Shown: positions 1 to 8,251 of the stretch, in pieces
Layout: each line of letters opens with the position of its first letter
Position numbering within the stretch: the first letter of the stretch is position 1
Source: an uncultured archaeon
GTDB lineage: Archaea > Asgardarchaeota > Thorarchaeia > Thorarchaeales > Thorarchaeaceae
NCBI GenBank assembly: GCA_964458565.1
Contig: CAYWJO010000041.1
Span: 1 to 31,778, forward strand
DNA length: 31,778 nt
Reading direction: 5' to 3'
Program-made: the position numbers and the translations under genes
Notes under the pieces: model-generated
The model's database searches: none
The model's input: the letters and a program-made list of their open reading frames with translations, nothing else
What the model was told of the DNA's origin: nothing

Positions 1-221
1 AGCCCCAACCCAGCAATCGCAAGAGCTACTAGGGTATTTGAGGTCGAGGCATTCTCTTGTCTGATATTCTCATAATATTCTGCACGGTCAACTGTGAATT
101 CAATAAGAGTGACTATGCGCTCGTATAGAAAATCTAACTGTTCGGGATCTTTGGGAAGTGGTTTTGATATAATCTCAAAATAGCGTTTCTTGAAGTCTTC
201 CTCTTCAGTAATTCTATTCAA
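1..221 (-). CDS. Partial hypothetical protein (runs off the left edge), probably membrane-associated
   Basis: Manual translation from TTG at 221 is open to the edge: MNRITEEEDFKKRYFEIISKPLPKDPEQLDFLYERIVTLIEFTVDRAEYYENIRQENASTSNTLVALAIAGLG... A purine-rich GAGAGGATGA lies immediately upstream, and a hydrophobic stretch begins at the edge. Confidence 0.65.
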   Translation of the reverse strand, partial: MNRITEEEDFKKRYFEIISKPLPKDPEQLDFLYERIVTLIEFTVDRAEYYENIRQENASTSNTLVALAIAGLG

Positions 222-412
222 TCATCCTCTCTCCGCAGGAATAGTACTATCGTTATGACTTCAACCGTTACTTCAGCTCCAATTATCACGTCATTGTATC
301 TCCCACATATTTCAGAAAATAAAATGATTTGAACTACTTATTACTATTGGAACACAAATTGATACAACAAGTTCATTTCATTTCAAATCTCTTACATGTT
401 GACAGGTAATGA

Positions 413-556
413 GTGTTACGAGAAATAGATGGAGGTCCTACATGGACAACCATCACTGTACCAACTCCTGGTGCATCAAACGAAGGTACCACACTCTCTA
501 TTGGCATGGAATTATTTGTACTCTTTGCGAACGGCTCAATTTCAAGATGGGCTTGA
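413..556 (+). pseudogene. Probable 3' remnant of a BNR/Asp-box repeat protein
   Basis: Frame not in the ORF track reads VLREIDGGPTWTTITVPTPGASNEGTTLSIGMELFVLFANGSISRWA*. DGGxTW matches the Asp-box (S/TxDxGxTW). It is preceded by in-frame stops and followed by a terminator-like hairpin. Confidence 0.4.
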
Positions 557-574
557 ATATTGAAGAATTGAGAA

Positions 575-604
575 GGGGACTTTTCAGTCCCCCACTTTTA
601 TTTT
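575..604 (+). terminator. Hairpin plus T-rich tract
   Basis: GGGGACT-tttc-AGTCCCC (perfect 7-bp stem, 575-592) followed by cacttttatttt. Confidence 0.55.
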
Positions 605-698
605 AAATCACATTGTTTCGATAGGGTAAATAGTCTAATGCAGCTTTCTTATCTGCTTTCACGTCGTTAAAATATTATACTAGATTTGAGGTTGTTGC

Positions 699-1400
699 AT
701 GGATTTTCCCGATGATTTGAGATCCGCTGAGGATTATTTGAAACAAGCAGAGTCAGAGTTTCTGGCTGGAACTGATGGAGTAGCTGAAGCACTATTATTT
801 AGACTATCAACGGGTTCTTTCTCTTCTGATGCAAAAACAGCACGAGAACAGATGGAGAATCTGGATGAGTCTCGTTATGTAAAATGGGATCGATGGGTGA
901 AGAAATTCGTCTTCGAAGCTTCATTCTGGAAGGACGAGGGGTATCCAAGTATTGACACCACTACACTTCAAGCTAGTAATCCCGATTGGTATTCGAAGAG
1001 AACAGATACAACATCCTTCGTACGGGAATTGATGATTCTTCGAACTGTGTTGCCACCTACTGTTGACGGTGAGCAAAACGGACCTTCAACCCCCCTAGGT
1101 GATCCTGCAAACAGATGGTTGCTTGATTTTGTCGCTCTTTCCAATCTACGTCTATCTTTCAAGATACATTGGGAGCAGTTGGTGCGAGAAATTGTGATGA
1201 AACGACATCAGACCAATTTAACGCTTGTAGCTGAACGACTTGGTCTGACAATTTCAGAGATTCTTCATATCGCAAATAAAATCAGAGATTTAGATGATCA
1301 TGTGATTGAGCATGATGTGAGCGATTCTAGTAAGAATCTGACATATGTACGGAGAAAACCCGATCCTAGTTTAACTCCTCGGGTAGACATAGCTGACTGA
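699..1400 (+). CDS. Hypothetical protein, possible C-terminal HTH/winged-helix-like segment
   Basis: 233-aa ORF with GAGGT RBS and an upstream TTAAAATA box. C-terminal LTLVAERLGLTISEILHIA resembles a helix-turn-helix. No family recognised. Confidence 0.7.
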   Translation: MDFPDDLRSAEDYLKQAESEFLAGTDGVAEALLFRLSTGSFSSDAKTAREQMENLDESRYVKWDRWVKKFVFEASFWKDEGYPSIDTTTLQASNPDWYSKRTDTTSFVRELMILRTVLPPTVDGEQNGPSTPLGDPANRWLLDFVALSNLRLSFKIHWEQLVREIVMKRHQTNLTLVAERLGLTISEILHIANKIRDLDDHVIEHDVSDSSKNLTYVRRKPDPSLTPRVDIAD

Positions 1401-1670
1401 AACAACTATTTTCCAGAGATTAGTAATAGCCCGATAAAATAAAAAAAGGGCATATGAATCCCCTTTATGACCCTCATTTGGATTTGTTTCTCATACCTGT
1501 ATGGCAGATAGTTATATCCACTATTTTCCCCCTTACAACAGCATAAAAACAGAATTATTTTCAGATTCTGTCTGCTTTCTGTCAGTTCTCTGAATTCTAT
1601 TTTGCCTCCGGTAATCGTTAATGTAGAGCTTAAATATAGCTATATCTGCAGTGGTTTGAAGGTGTTTGAA

Positions 1671-2576
1671 TTGTTCAAGTATTCTGCTGAGCAAAAGACG
1701 CTCACAATAGGCGGTGTAAAAATTGGCGGACTACCAGGCAGGAATGCCACTGTAGTTATTGCGTCGATATTCCATTCGAAGGATCGCCTTGTCAAAGATG
1801 CAGAGACCGGTGATATTGACAAAAAGAGGACTGAAGACATCCTTGCTACGTTATCGGAGATGAGTGAGAAAACAGGACTTCCTACAATGCTGGATGTTGT
1901 TGCTTCAACATCAAAAGCGATGGAGAGTTACCTACAGTATCTAGTGGATACTTGCGGCTTTCCGTTGATGATAGATGGATCTGGTGACAATGCTGTCAAC
2001 TCTGCAGGGATTCTGATAGCAAAGGACTCTGGATTTCTTGACAGAGTCATCTTAAATTCTATAACACCAGAAACTAAGGATGAGGTCTATGAGGTCATCA
2101 AGGCCACAGGTCTCCAGAATGCACTTCTCTTGACCTTCAATACGAGTGCGGTAGCATCTATCATAAAACGTGTTGAGATAGCAGACCACCTGATTGAGCG
2201 GGCTCGTGGGACTGGAATAACCAACATACTACTTGACACAGGCGTCTTGGACCTTCTCACGTTAGGTATGGCATGCAAAGCACAGATGATTCTGAAGGAT
2301 AAATACGGACTTCCTGTAGGAAATGGTGCTCATAATGCAGTTAGTACATGGCGTGGTCTGGTCCCAAAGTTTGGAATGGCCGCAAGAACTTCAGCTTCTG
2401 TTGGTTCAAGCTTGATACCAGTGGTCCTTGGAGCGGATTTTGTGCTGATGGGACCTGCTAAGGAGGCTCCTATCGTATATCCGTCCATAGCGATGGTTGA
2501 TACAGTCTTGTCTGGTAGTCTTTTGGAGGATCGAATCCGCCCTGAAAAACCGCACCCGAGATACTTGATAAGCTAA
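1671..2576 (+). CDS. mtrH: Tetrahydromethanopterin S-methyltransferase subunit H-like (MtrH/MtgA family) pterin-binding methyltransferase
   Basis: N-terminus FKYSAEQKTLTIGGVKIGGLPG..TVVIASIFH, plus LMIDG, ILNSI, LLDTGV, GLPVGNGAHNA and GADFVLMGP, match MtrH. Start moved from 1602 to TTG 1671, after GAAGGTG and a TTAAATA box at ~1630. Confidence 0.9.
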   Translation: MFKYSAEQKTLTIGGVKIGGLPGRNATVVIASIFHSKDRLVKDAETGDIDKKRTEDILATLSEMSEKTGLPTMLDVVASTSKAMESYLQYLVDTCGFPLMIDGSGDNAVNSAGILIAKDSGFLDRVILNSITPETKDEVYEVIKATGLQNALLLTFNTSAVASIIKRVEIADHLIERARGTGITNILLDTGVLDLLTLGMACKAQMILKDKYGLPVGNGAHNAVSTWRGLVPKFGMAARTSASVGSSLIPVVLGADFVLMGPAKEAPIVYPSIAMVDTVLSGSLLEDRIRPEKPHPRYLIS

Positions 2577-2931
2577 TCTAAAAACCAAGAATGCATCTGC
2601 ATGCTTCTTCGTGGCATCGACTGTGTTCTGTATTGTCCCCTGGAATTTCATGCTGCTAATTAGTTTGGTAGAATCCAGATTTACTTTACCGAAAGATCAC
2701 GAATAGTTGTTAATTGCTGATGCCGGAGCCACCAGTTGCTCCGAAAACAAGGAGATTCATTCTTTTCCCCTTTTAAGACAAATTCTCATTTTAGTTTCCC
2801 ATATAATTTATTCATTATGAAAATTAATTGCGATTTAAAGCACAGAAGAAAAAGGTGTATTTTTATACCATTAATGATCTTGAATATACTTAATCCTTCG
2901 TTTACAGAAGGAAGGAAGGGAGATTTTCAAT

Positions 2932-3816
2932 TTGATAACAAAACATAGAAGATTGACCACTCCTCTTGTTGCTATCGTTCTTCTGTTAGTATTATCGTTG
3001 CAGCTTCCGTTCCAGGAATCGGTACGGGCAACAGAACTCTCCGCAGACAACTTCAATGATATGGACTATAATGGTTGGGGTACTTACGGTACAATTTGGG
3101 ATAGAACTGAAAGTACATATTATCCTGCTGGTGTTGGGAATTTTTCTGCTGAGGATAGAACATTGAAGGTCACAGGACCCGGTGGCAATTGGACTCGTCA
3201 ATCCATTAATGTAGCTTACATGAATCACTCAATTAATTTTGGGACATGGAGCTTCGACCTGTTTGTAGTCGATAATCCAGGTGGGGAGATTATTATTCAT
3301 TTAATTTCTGATCACTATAATCCACCACAACACATGTCCGCAATTCCAGGTCCATACCTGAATGACAGTTACTGCTTCATGATAGCGACGCATAATATAG
3401 GTGGAAATTATAATAGACCAATGATTTCCTTCTGGAGATTTGATGATGGTTCAATCATTCATCTTGACGAATATGTTGTTGGACCAAGTACATATACATG
3501 GACAAATTGCTGGACACACTTCGATGTGACACGAAATTCCACTGGGTATTTCAACATATATATCAATGAAACTCTCCGCATATCAAGACAGGAACACGCT
3601 ACTATCCCATCTGGTTACTTTGTCTTTGCAGGTCAAAGTGGTCAAGCCATTGATAACGTAGTAATATTAGACTACATTGTCCCACATCCACCTTCTGAGC
3701 CAACTACACCACCGATACCAGGACTCGATTTAACAGCTCCTTTGATTATTATTGGCACTATTGAGCTGATCATCATTATTCTCTTGGTCGTACTCCACAT
3801 CAGAAGACGCCCATGA
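2932..3816 (+). CDS. Exported, C-terminally membrane-anchored protein with a concanavalin/LamG-like beta-sandwich
   Basis: Signal peptide (KHRR plus hydrophobic core). Aromatic beta-rich domain (GTWSFD, WTHFDVTRNSTGYFNIYIN, IDNVVI). Pro/Thr linker, then TM helix and RRRP tail. Confidence 0.75.
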   Translation: MITKHRRLTTPLVAIVLLLVLSLQLPFQESVRATELSADNFNDMDYNGWGTYGTIWDRTESTYYPAGVGNFSAEDRTLKVTGPGGNWTRQSINVAYMNHSINFGTWSFDLFVVDNPGGEIIIHLISDHYNPPQHMSAIPGPYLNDSYCFMIATHNIGGNYNRPMISFWRFDDGSIIHLDEYVVGPSTYTWTNCWTHFDVTRNSTGYFNIYINETLRISRQEHATIPSGYFVFAGQSGQAIDNVVILDYIVPHPPSEPTTPPIPGLDLTAPLIIIGTIELIIIILLVVLHIRRRP

Positions 3817-3818
3817 TT

Positions 3819-3855
3819 AGGTGTTTGTAGGGCGAAAGCCCTACACCTCTTTTTA
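3819..3855 (+). terminator. Hairpin with GAAA tetraloop and T-tract
   Basis: TGTAGGGC-gaaa-GCCCTACA (8-bp perfect stem, 3826-3845) then cctcttttt, directly after the stop at 3816. Confidence 0.75.
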
Positions 3856-3872
3856 TTCAGAAGATAAAACCA

Positions 3873-3880
3873 TTTAATAT
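3873..3880 (+). promoter_or_regulatory. TATA-like box of tautomerase copy 1
   Basis: TTTAATAT with 20 nt to the start position. The same box and spacing recur at 18369-18376. Confidence 0.6.
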
Positions 3881-3900
3881 CTACAATTCAAGAACCACTC

Positions 3901-4104
3901 ATACCAACTGTTGATGTTAAGATGTGGAAAGGCGTATCTGAAAAAGCTGCAGAACACATCATCTCGGGAATAACGAAGGTCTTTGTTGAGCTAGGAATTC
4001 CAGAACGAGCTGTCGAAGTCATTATTCTAGAGATCCCAAAGACTCACTGGGGGATTGAGGGAAAACCAGCCTCAAAATCGATGGCTTATGCAAAACCTCC
4101 CTAA
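3901..4104 (+). pseudogene. 4-oxalocrotonate tautomerase family, copy 1, with ATA in place of the ATG start
   Basis: Collinear with 18397-18600 (about 25 differences in 204 nt by manual count). Reads ATA-CCA-ACT where copy 2 reads ATG-CCG-ACC. The ORF-track start at 3922 would lose catalytic Pro1. Confidence 0.7.
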
Positions 4105-4282
4105 AAGATTCCTGAGTATGTGTATCCGGTCCACTGAATAAGGTATTGAATTAAACCCTAAATGGAATCATTTCTGAGAGGTCCTTAGTCATATTTAGAA
4201 TAAAAACTACTATTTCGTAACAACTCCAACAATGCCAAATAGGTTTATTTCGTGAGAAAATAATAAACGAAAATTGACGAAA

Positions 4283-4954
4283 ATGAGAAGACAATCAATG
4301 TGTATCCTCTTTGTTCTGTTGTTGGGAGCTGCCTTGTTTGTTGGTCTAGCATACGTTTACCTCTCCCAAACAGAATTGGTTAACTATGATGAGACCTTGG
4401 TTATTTATGAGGACACATATCCCGGTGCTGAAAACATCTCAATTTACTATGATGTCTGTTTTCATAATGTGACATTTAATGTGGTCGATGATCCAGGTTT
4501 CATGATCAAAATCAATTGGAAGCTAACAGTTCTTGTCGAAGGGGCAACAGGAAAAAACACTAGGCTTCAAGTGACAAATAGTTCGAATGATGAGTACGTG
4601 ACCATTCAAATATTGAAAGAAAACCCCGCTGATGTATGTGCATTAAATAAAGGAGATGCAGAAGCAATAGTCAATGTTACTATTAATAGGGCATATACAC
4701 TTGATATCGAGGCGTCAGCAGGACATGGCAATATCAATTTAACCGCTAGCGATGCAATTTTTCAAAACATATACTTTCATCATGGCATAAATTGCCCGGG
4801 TAATAATGGAATTGACATAACAAATTCAACCATCTATAGGGATCTAACCTGTCAAGTCGCAACAGGCACTTTTTGGGTACGACTTGATACTGTATATATC
4901 GGAGGTACATTGTCATGTACACCCGCAAGTAGTGGGACATTGATAGTAATATGA
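4283..4954 (+). CDS. Membrane-anchored exported beta-strand-repeat protein (DUF4097/adhesin-like)
   Basis: N-terminal basic plus hydrophobic helix, followed by repeats like IEASAGHGNINLT and CQVATGTFWV. ATG 4283 preferred over TTG 4274. Confidence 0.65.
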   Translation: MRRQSMCILFVLLLGAALFVGLAYVYLSQTELVNYDETLVIYEDTYPGAENISIYYDVCFHNVTFNVVDDPGFMIKINWKLTVLVEGATGKNTRLQVTNSSNDEYVTIQILKENPADVCALNKGDAEAIVNVTINRAYTLDIEASAGHGNINLTASDAIFQNIYFHHGINCPGNNGIDITNSTIYRDLTCQVATGTFWVRLDTVYIGGTLSCTPASSGTLIVI

Positions 4955-5108
4955 AGACACTCCAGCGTCATGAATTATTCCGAGTTCTGATGTATGCAAT
5001 CAAGTGGTTTTGTCATCCAATTTAAATACAACGTAAGATTTTTAGACAATAACTGTTTAATATCGATGCAAACAGGGACCAGAAGTATATCCAAAGTGCA
5101 CAAATCAA

Positions 5109-5158
5109 GATAAAGTTCTTGTCAGGAACGGAGATTCTAGTGACGAAAAGTGCCTCCG
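5109..5158 (+). repeat. Direct repeat copy A (50 bp) of the RBS/start region of the kinase at 6706
   Basis: GATAAAGTTCTTGTCAGGAACGGAGATTCTAGTGACGAAAAGTGCCTCCG matches 6669-6724 except for one substitution and a 6-bp duplication. Confidence 0.92.
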
Positions 5159-5326
5159 CCAGTTTAGTCTTCTTGTGGTTGTAAGTTACCGCGTTTATTC
5201 TTCTCTCACTTCAGCTGTTTAGTGTCCTCAGGAAGTCTAATAAACCTGAGTTCCTTCAACTTTAATACAATTCAGTTCATTCAAGCATTAGGAATATACT
5301 GCAATCAAAATGGAGGTCACAATATC

Positions 5327-6655
5327 GTGCAGAGTGCGACAGTCGCTGATCCACTCATCCTTCTACTAATTGAAGCAACAATTGCACTCCTTCTACTAGT
5401 ATCACTTGGGCTCTATAGGTATTCAAGTGGAGTTCGGTATAAACTGTGGGCATTGGGTTGGACAACTTACACCACCACCTCATTAATTTCTATTATAATA
5501 ACTGCAACGGGTCTTACACTGACTGATGGTATAATGGCCTCAGGCATGCTTGTGGGGTCTATTCTTTTTCTTGATGGAGCGAAAGAATATCATAGAAAAG
5601 GAACAGGCTTATTGATTTACATTCTAGCAGTTATAATTGGATTTGTTGTAGTGCTAATTGGGATCGTTCTTGGAATTTCATATGCTATAGCGTTCTCAAT
5701 TCTCGGGGTGATTGTAACCTATTCATGTTGGTATTCAGCAATTCAATTCAGTAAAAATGTGGCTACGAAAGGTGGGGATTATTGGGTTTCATATATTGGA
5801 TTGATGCTCTGGGGTTTTTCCACACTGCTTTTCCTACCATTCGGACTTATCCCACAATTCGAGGATTTTCTGATAAGTATTCAGGTTTTACTTACATCAT
5901 CAGGTGTCATCATAACTGGTACTGGTCTCTTATCATACTTCATTCGAAACACATCTGAAAATCTAGGTGCTCAATATGAAATCTCTCAATTGCTGGGGAG
6001 TATCCTCAGTCATGATGTTCGCAATTACGTGGGCAGTCTTAATGAATCAATTGATCAAGCTATTGCCTCTGAACAGGATCGTGAGATGTGGCTTGAACTA
6101 GCATCAGAGATAATCACCAGTATGACTGATTTCGTGATGGACATTCGATACATAACTGCAACAGTAACGCGTGTAGAACATAACAATGCAGAGCTAAGAC
6201 TTTCTGATATTCTGCAAGAAGTTTCTACAAGAGTTGCACGCGAATATAATCTCGAATCGGGTAGAATTGCAATCGACCTTGATGAAGATGCGTTAATTCT
6301 TTCCTGTAAAATTGTCAAGGAGCTGTTTTGGAATATTTTCGACAACGCATTCAAACATGGGACACAGATTCTCACGGTGCGAGCTTACAAGAAATTGAAG
6401 GAGGGTGTGATCGTAGAAATTCTTGACCGAGCTGGAGGCCTGCCATTAGAGATTCAAGAATTCCTTAATAATTCCAGTTCACTTTCTAGTCCGTCTGCAC
6501 CTGGGATTGGTCTTGGTATAATCCTTATCCGTGGTCTTACTTTGCTCTGTGGTATACCAATGAAAATTCAAGATGTTTTGGAAGATGAACAAGTTGTTGG
6601 GTCGTTAATCCAACTGAAATTCAAATATCAAGACTCAGTTGTTGTAGATGAGTAA
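5327..6655 (+). CDS. Membrane-bound sensor histidine kinase (about 7 TM helices)
   Basis: Multi-TM N-terminus. H-box LSHDVRNY, N-box NIFDNAFKHG, G1 DRAGG, G2 GIGLG. Start moved to GTG 5327 after GGAGGT (ORF track gives 5222). Confidence 0.88.
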   Translation: MQSATVADPLILLLIEATIALLLLVSLGLYRYSSGVRYKLWALGWTTYTTTSLISIIITATGLTLTDGIMASGMLVGSILFLDGAKEYHRKGTGLLIYILAVIIGFVVVLIGIVLGISYAIAFSILGVIVTYSCWYSAIQFSKNVATKGGDYWVSYIGLMLWGFSTLLFLPFGLIPQFEDFLISIQVLLTSSGVIITGTGLLSYFIRNTSENLGAQYEISQLLGSILSHDVRNYVGSLNESIDQAIASEQDREMWLELASEIITSMTDFVMDIRYITATVTRVEHNNAELRLSDILQEVSTRVAREYNLESGRIAIDLDEDALILSCKIVKELFWNIFDNAFKHGTQILTVRAYKKLKEGVIVEILDRAGGLPLEIQEFLNNSSSLSSPSAPGIGLGIILIRGLTLLCGIPMKIQDVLEDEQVVGSLIQLKFKYQDSVVVDE

Positions 6656-6668
6656 ATTCAAATAGACT

Positions 6669-6724
6669 GATAAAGTTCTTGTCCTTGTCAGGAAAGGAGA
6701 TTCTAGTGACGAAAAGTGCCTCCG
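6669..6724 (+). repeat. Direct repeat copy B (56 bp)
   Basis: GATAAAGTTCTTGTCCTTGTCAGGAAAGGAGATTCTAGTGACGAAAAGTGCCTCCG. Contains the AAGGAG RBS and GTG start of the downstream kinase. Confidence 0.92.
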
Positions 6725-8130
6725 ATGTGATTCCAGAATGGTTAGCTAAATACATTCTAGGCGAGGTTGATGATGGTATCTATATCGTTGACACGAACTT
6801 GAATATTATAGCCGCTAATGAGACCGTAGTAAGATGGTCTAAAACGAATGGCTACACAGATTCAATTGCTGGAAAAAATGTTATAGAAGTGCTACCTTTT
6901 CTCAACGAAACAGCGATCTCGCATATCAAGGAAGTTCTTGATACTTCAAAACCTATTCGTGCAGAGTACATATGGCCACTAGAACAAAACAGGGTAGTAG
7001 TAGCACAGATTGTTCCCTTACTGACTCCTGATACTATTCCACAGGCTCTTACTGTTGCAAGAGATGTTGGAGAACAGCGAAAGATTATAGATGGGCTCAT
7101 AAAACGAGAACTAGCAGCTAGGTTACTTCTTGAACAGGTTAATGATGGCATCCACCTCTACACAGTGGAAGGGGAGATTATTTACGCTAATGGATCTCTA
7201 TCTACGCAACTAGGATACACCCAAGATGAACTATTGAAGTTACAGCCATTTGACATAGATATCAGTCTCAAGGAAGCGAACCTACCACCCATTCGTGAAG
7301 AGTTGTTGACGCAAGGACACCTGCTATACGAAACATCGTTCGTTACAAAGGATGGTCGAAAAATAAATACTGAGGTCAATAGTAATCTGGTTCAATACTA
7401 TGGAAAAGACGCAATTCTCTGCATTTCAAGAGATGTTTCTGAACGCCGTATTGTCATTGACGACCTAGATATTTATTCAATAAAAGGTCAACTGGAACGG
7501 TCCAACCGCGACCTTGAGCTGTATACAAGTCTACTACAGCATGACCTACGAAGGGATCTTCAGGTAGTATTAGCACAGGCGGATTTATCAAAAATTGAGC
7601 CTTTAGCGAATGAGCGAGAAGTCAAATCCCTGAAGGTAATTCAGGCTGCTATAGATCGAATGTCAAAATTACTCGATATGCTACAAACCACACGGGAAAT
7701 AGCAGAACAAGAGCTTGAAAGCTGCATCCGTGCTACAGCATCTCAAGCCAGAAATATGAATCCGGACTTGCATATTGAGATGGTAAACAACACAGGAAAT
7801 GATCCGATTCGAGTATCTGCAGGTCGTTTACTTCCGCTTGTCTGGACAAACCTCTTTAGAAATGCTGTAAGTTTCGCTGGCCCCGAAGCTAGCATTCAAG
7901 TAACTATTTCCAGCAATTTGGAAAAAGTCATTGTTGAGGTGACAGATGACGGTCCAGGAGTATCAGATGATATCAAAATGCATCTTTTTGAAAAAGGGGC
8001 ATCTACAACTGGAAGTGGATATGGACTCTATCTTTGTCGGAAAATTGTTGAAGCATATGGAGGTACAATAGAACTTATCAACCAAGAAAAAAGGGGGGCT
8101 CAGTTCAGAGTATCATTACTCCATGCATGA
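6706..8130 (+). CDS. Cytoplasmic PAS-PAS sensor histidine kinase
   Basis: Two PAS domains (DGIYIVDTNLNIIAAN; DGIHLYTVEGEIIYAN...KDGRKINTEVN). H-box LQHDLRRD, NLFRNAV, DDGPG, GSGYGLY. Start at GTG 6706 after AAGGAG. Confidence 0.92.
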   Translation: MTKSASDVIPEWLAKYILGEVDDGIYIVDTNLNIIAANETVVRWSKTNGYTDSIAGKNVIEVLPFLNETAISHIKEVLDTSKPIRAEYIWPLEQNRVVVAQIVPLLTPDTIPQALTVARDVGEQRKIIDGLIKRELAARLLLEQVNDGIHLYTVEGEIIYANGSLSTQLGYTQDELLKLQPFDIDISLKEANLPPIREELLTQGHLLYETSFVTKDGRKINTEVNSNLVQYYGKDAILCISRDVSERRIVIDDLDIYSIKGQLERSNRDLELYTSLLQHDLRRDLQVVLAQADLSKIEPLANEREVKSLKVIQAAIDRMSKLLDMLQTTREIAEQELESCIRATASQARNMNPDLHIEMVNNTGNDPIRVSAGRLLPLVWTNLFRNAVSFAGPEASIQVTISSNLEKVIVEVTDDGPGVSDDIKMHLFEKGASTTGSGYGLYLCRKIVEAYGGTIELINQEKRGAQFRVSLLHA

Positions 8131-8251
8131 CCTTTGGTAGATTCGTTCAACTTCTATTCTGATGTATGATCTATGGTAAAGTTACTGTAGTTATCACTAG
8201 TGGAGTCAATCAACTCAATACGAACAGTGTATGTGGAGATAGAGTTTACAA

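Noticed and set aside
409-606. 65-aa His/Cys-rich ORF from the ORF track
   Set aside because: It runs through a terminator hairpin, and an alternative frame (413-556) carries a recognisable motif.
1671-2576. Evidence of methanogenesis
   Set aside because: MtrH alone occurs in non-methanogens, and there are no other mtr or mcr genes here.
5109-6724. CRISPR array or insertion-sequence ends
   Set aside because: Only two copies, 1.5 kb apart and in direct orientation, with no cas or transposase gene.
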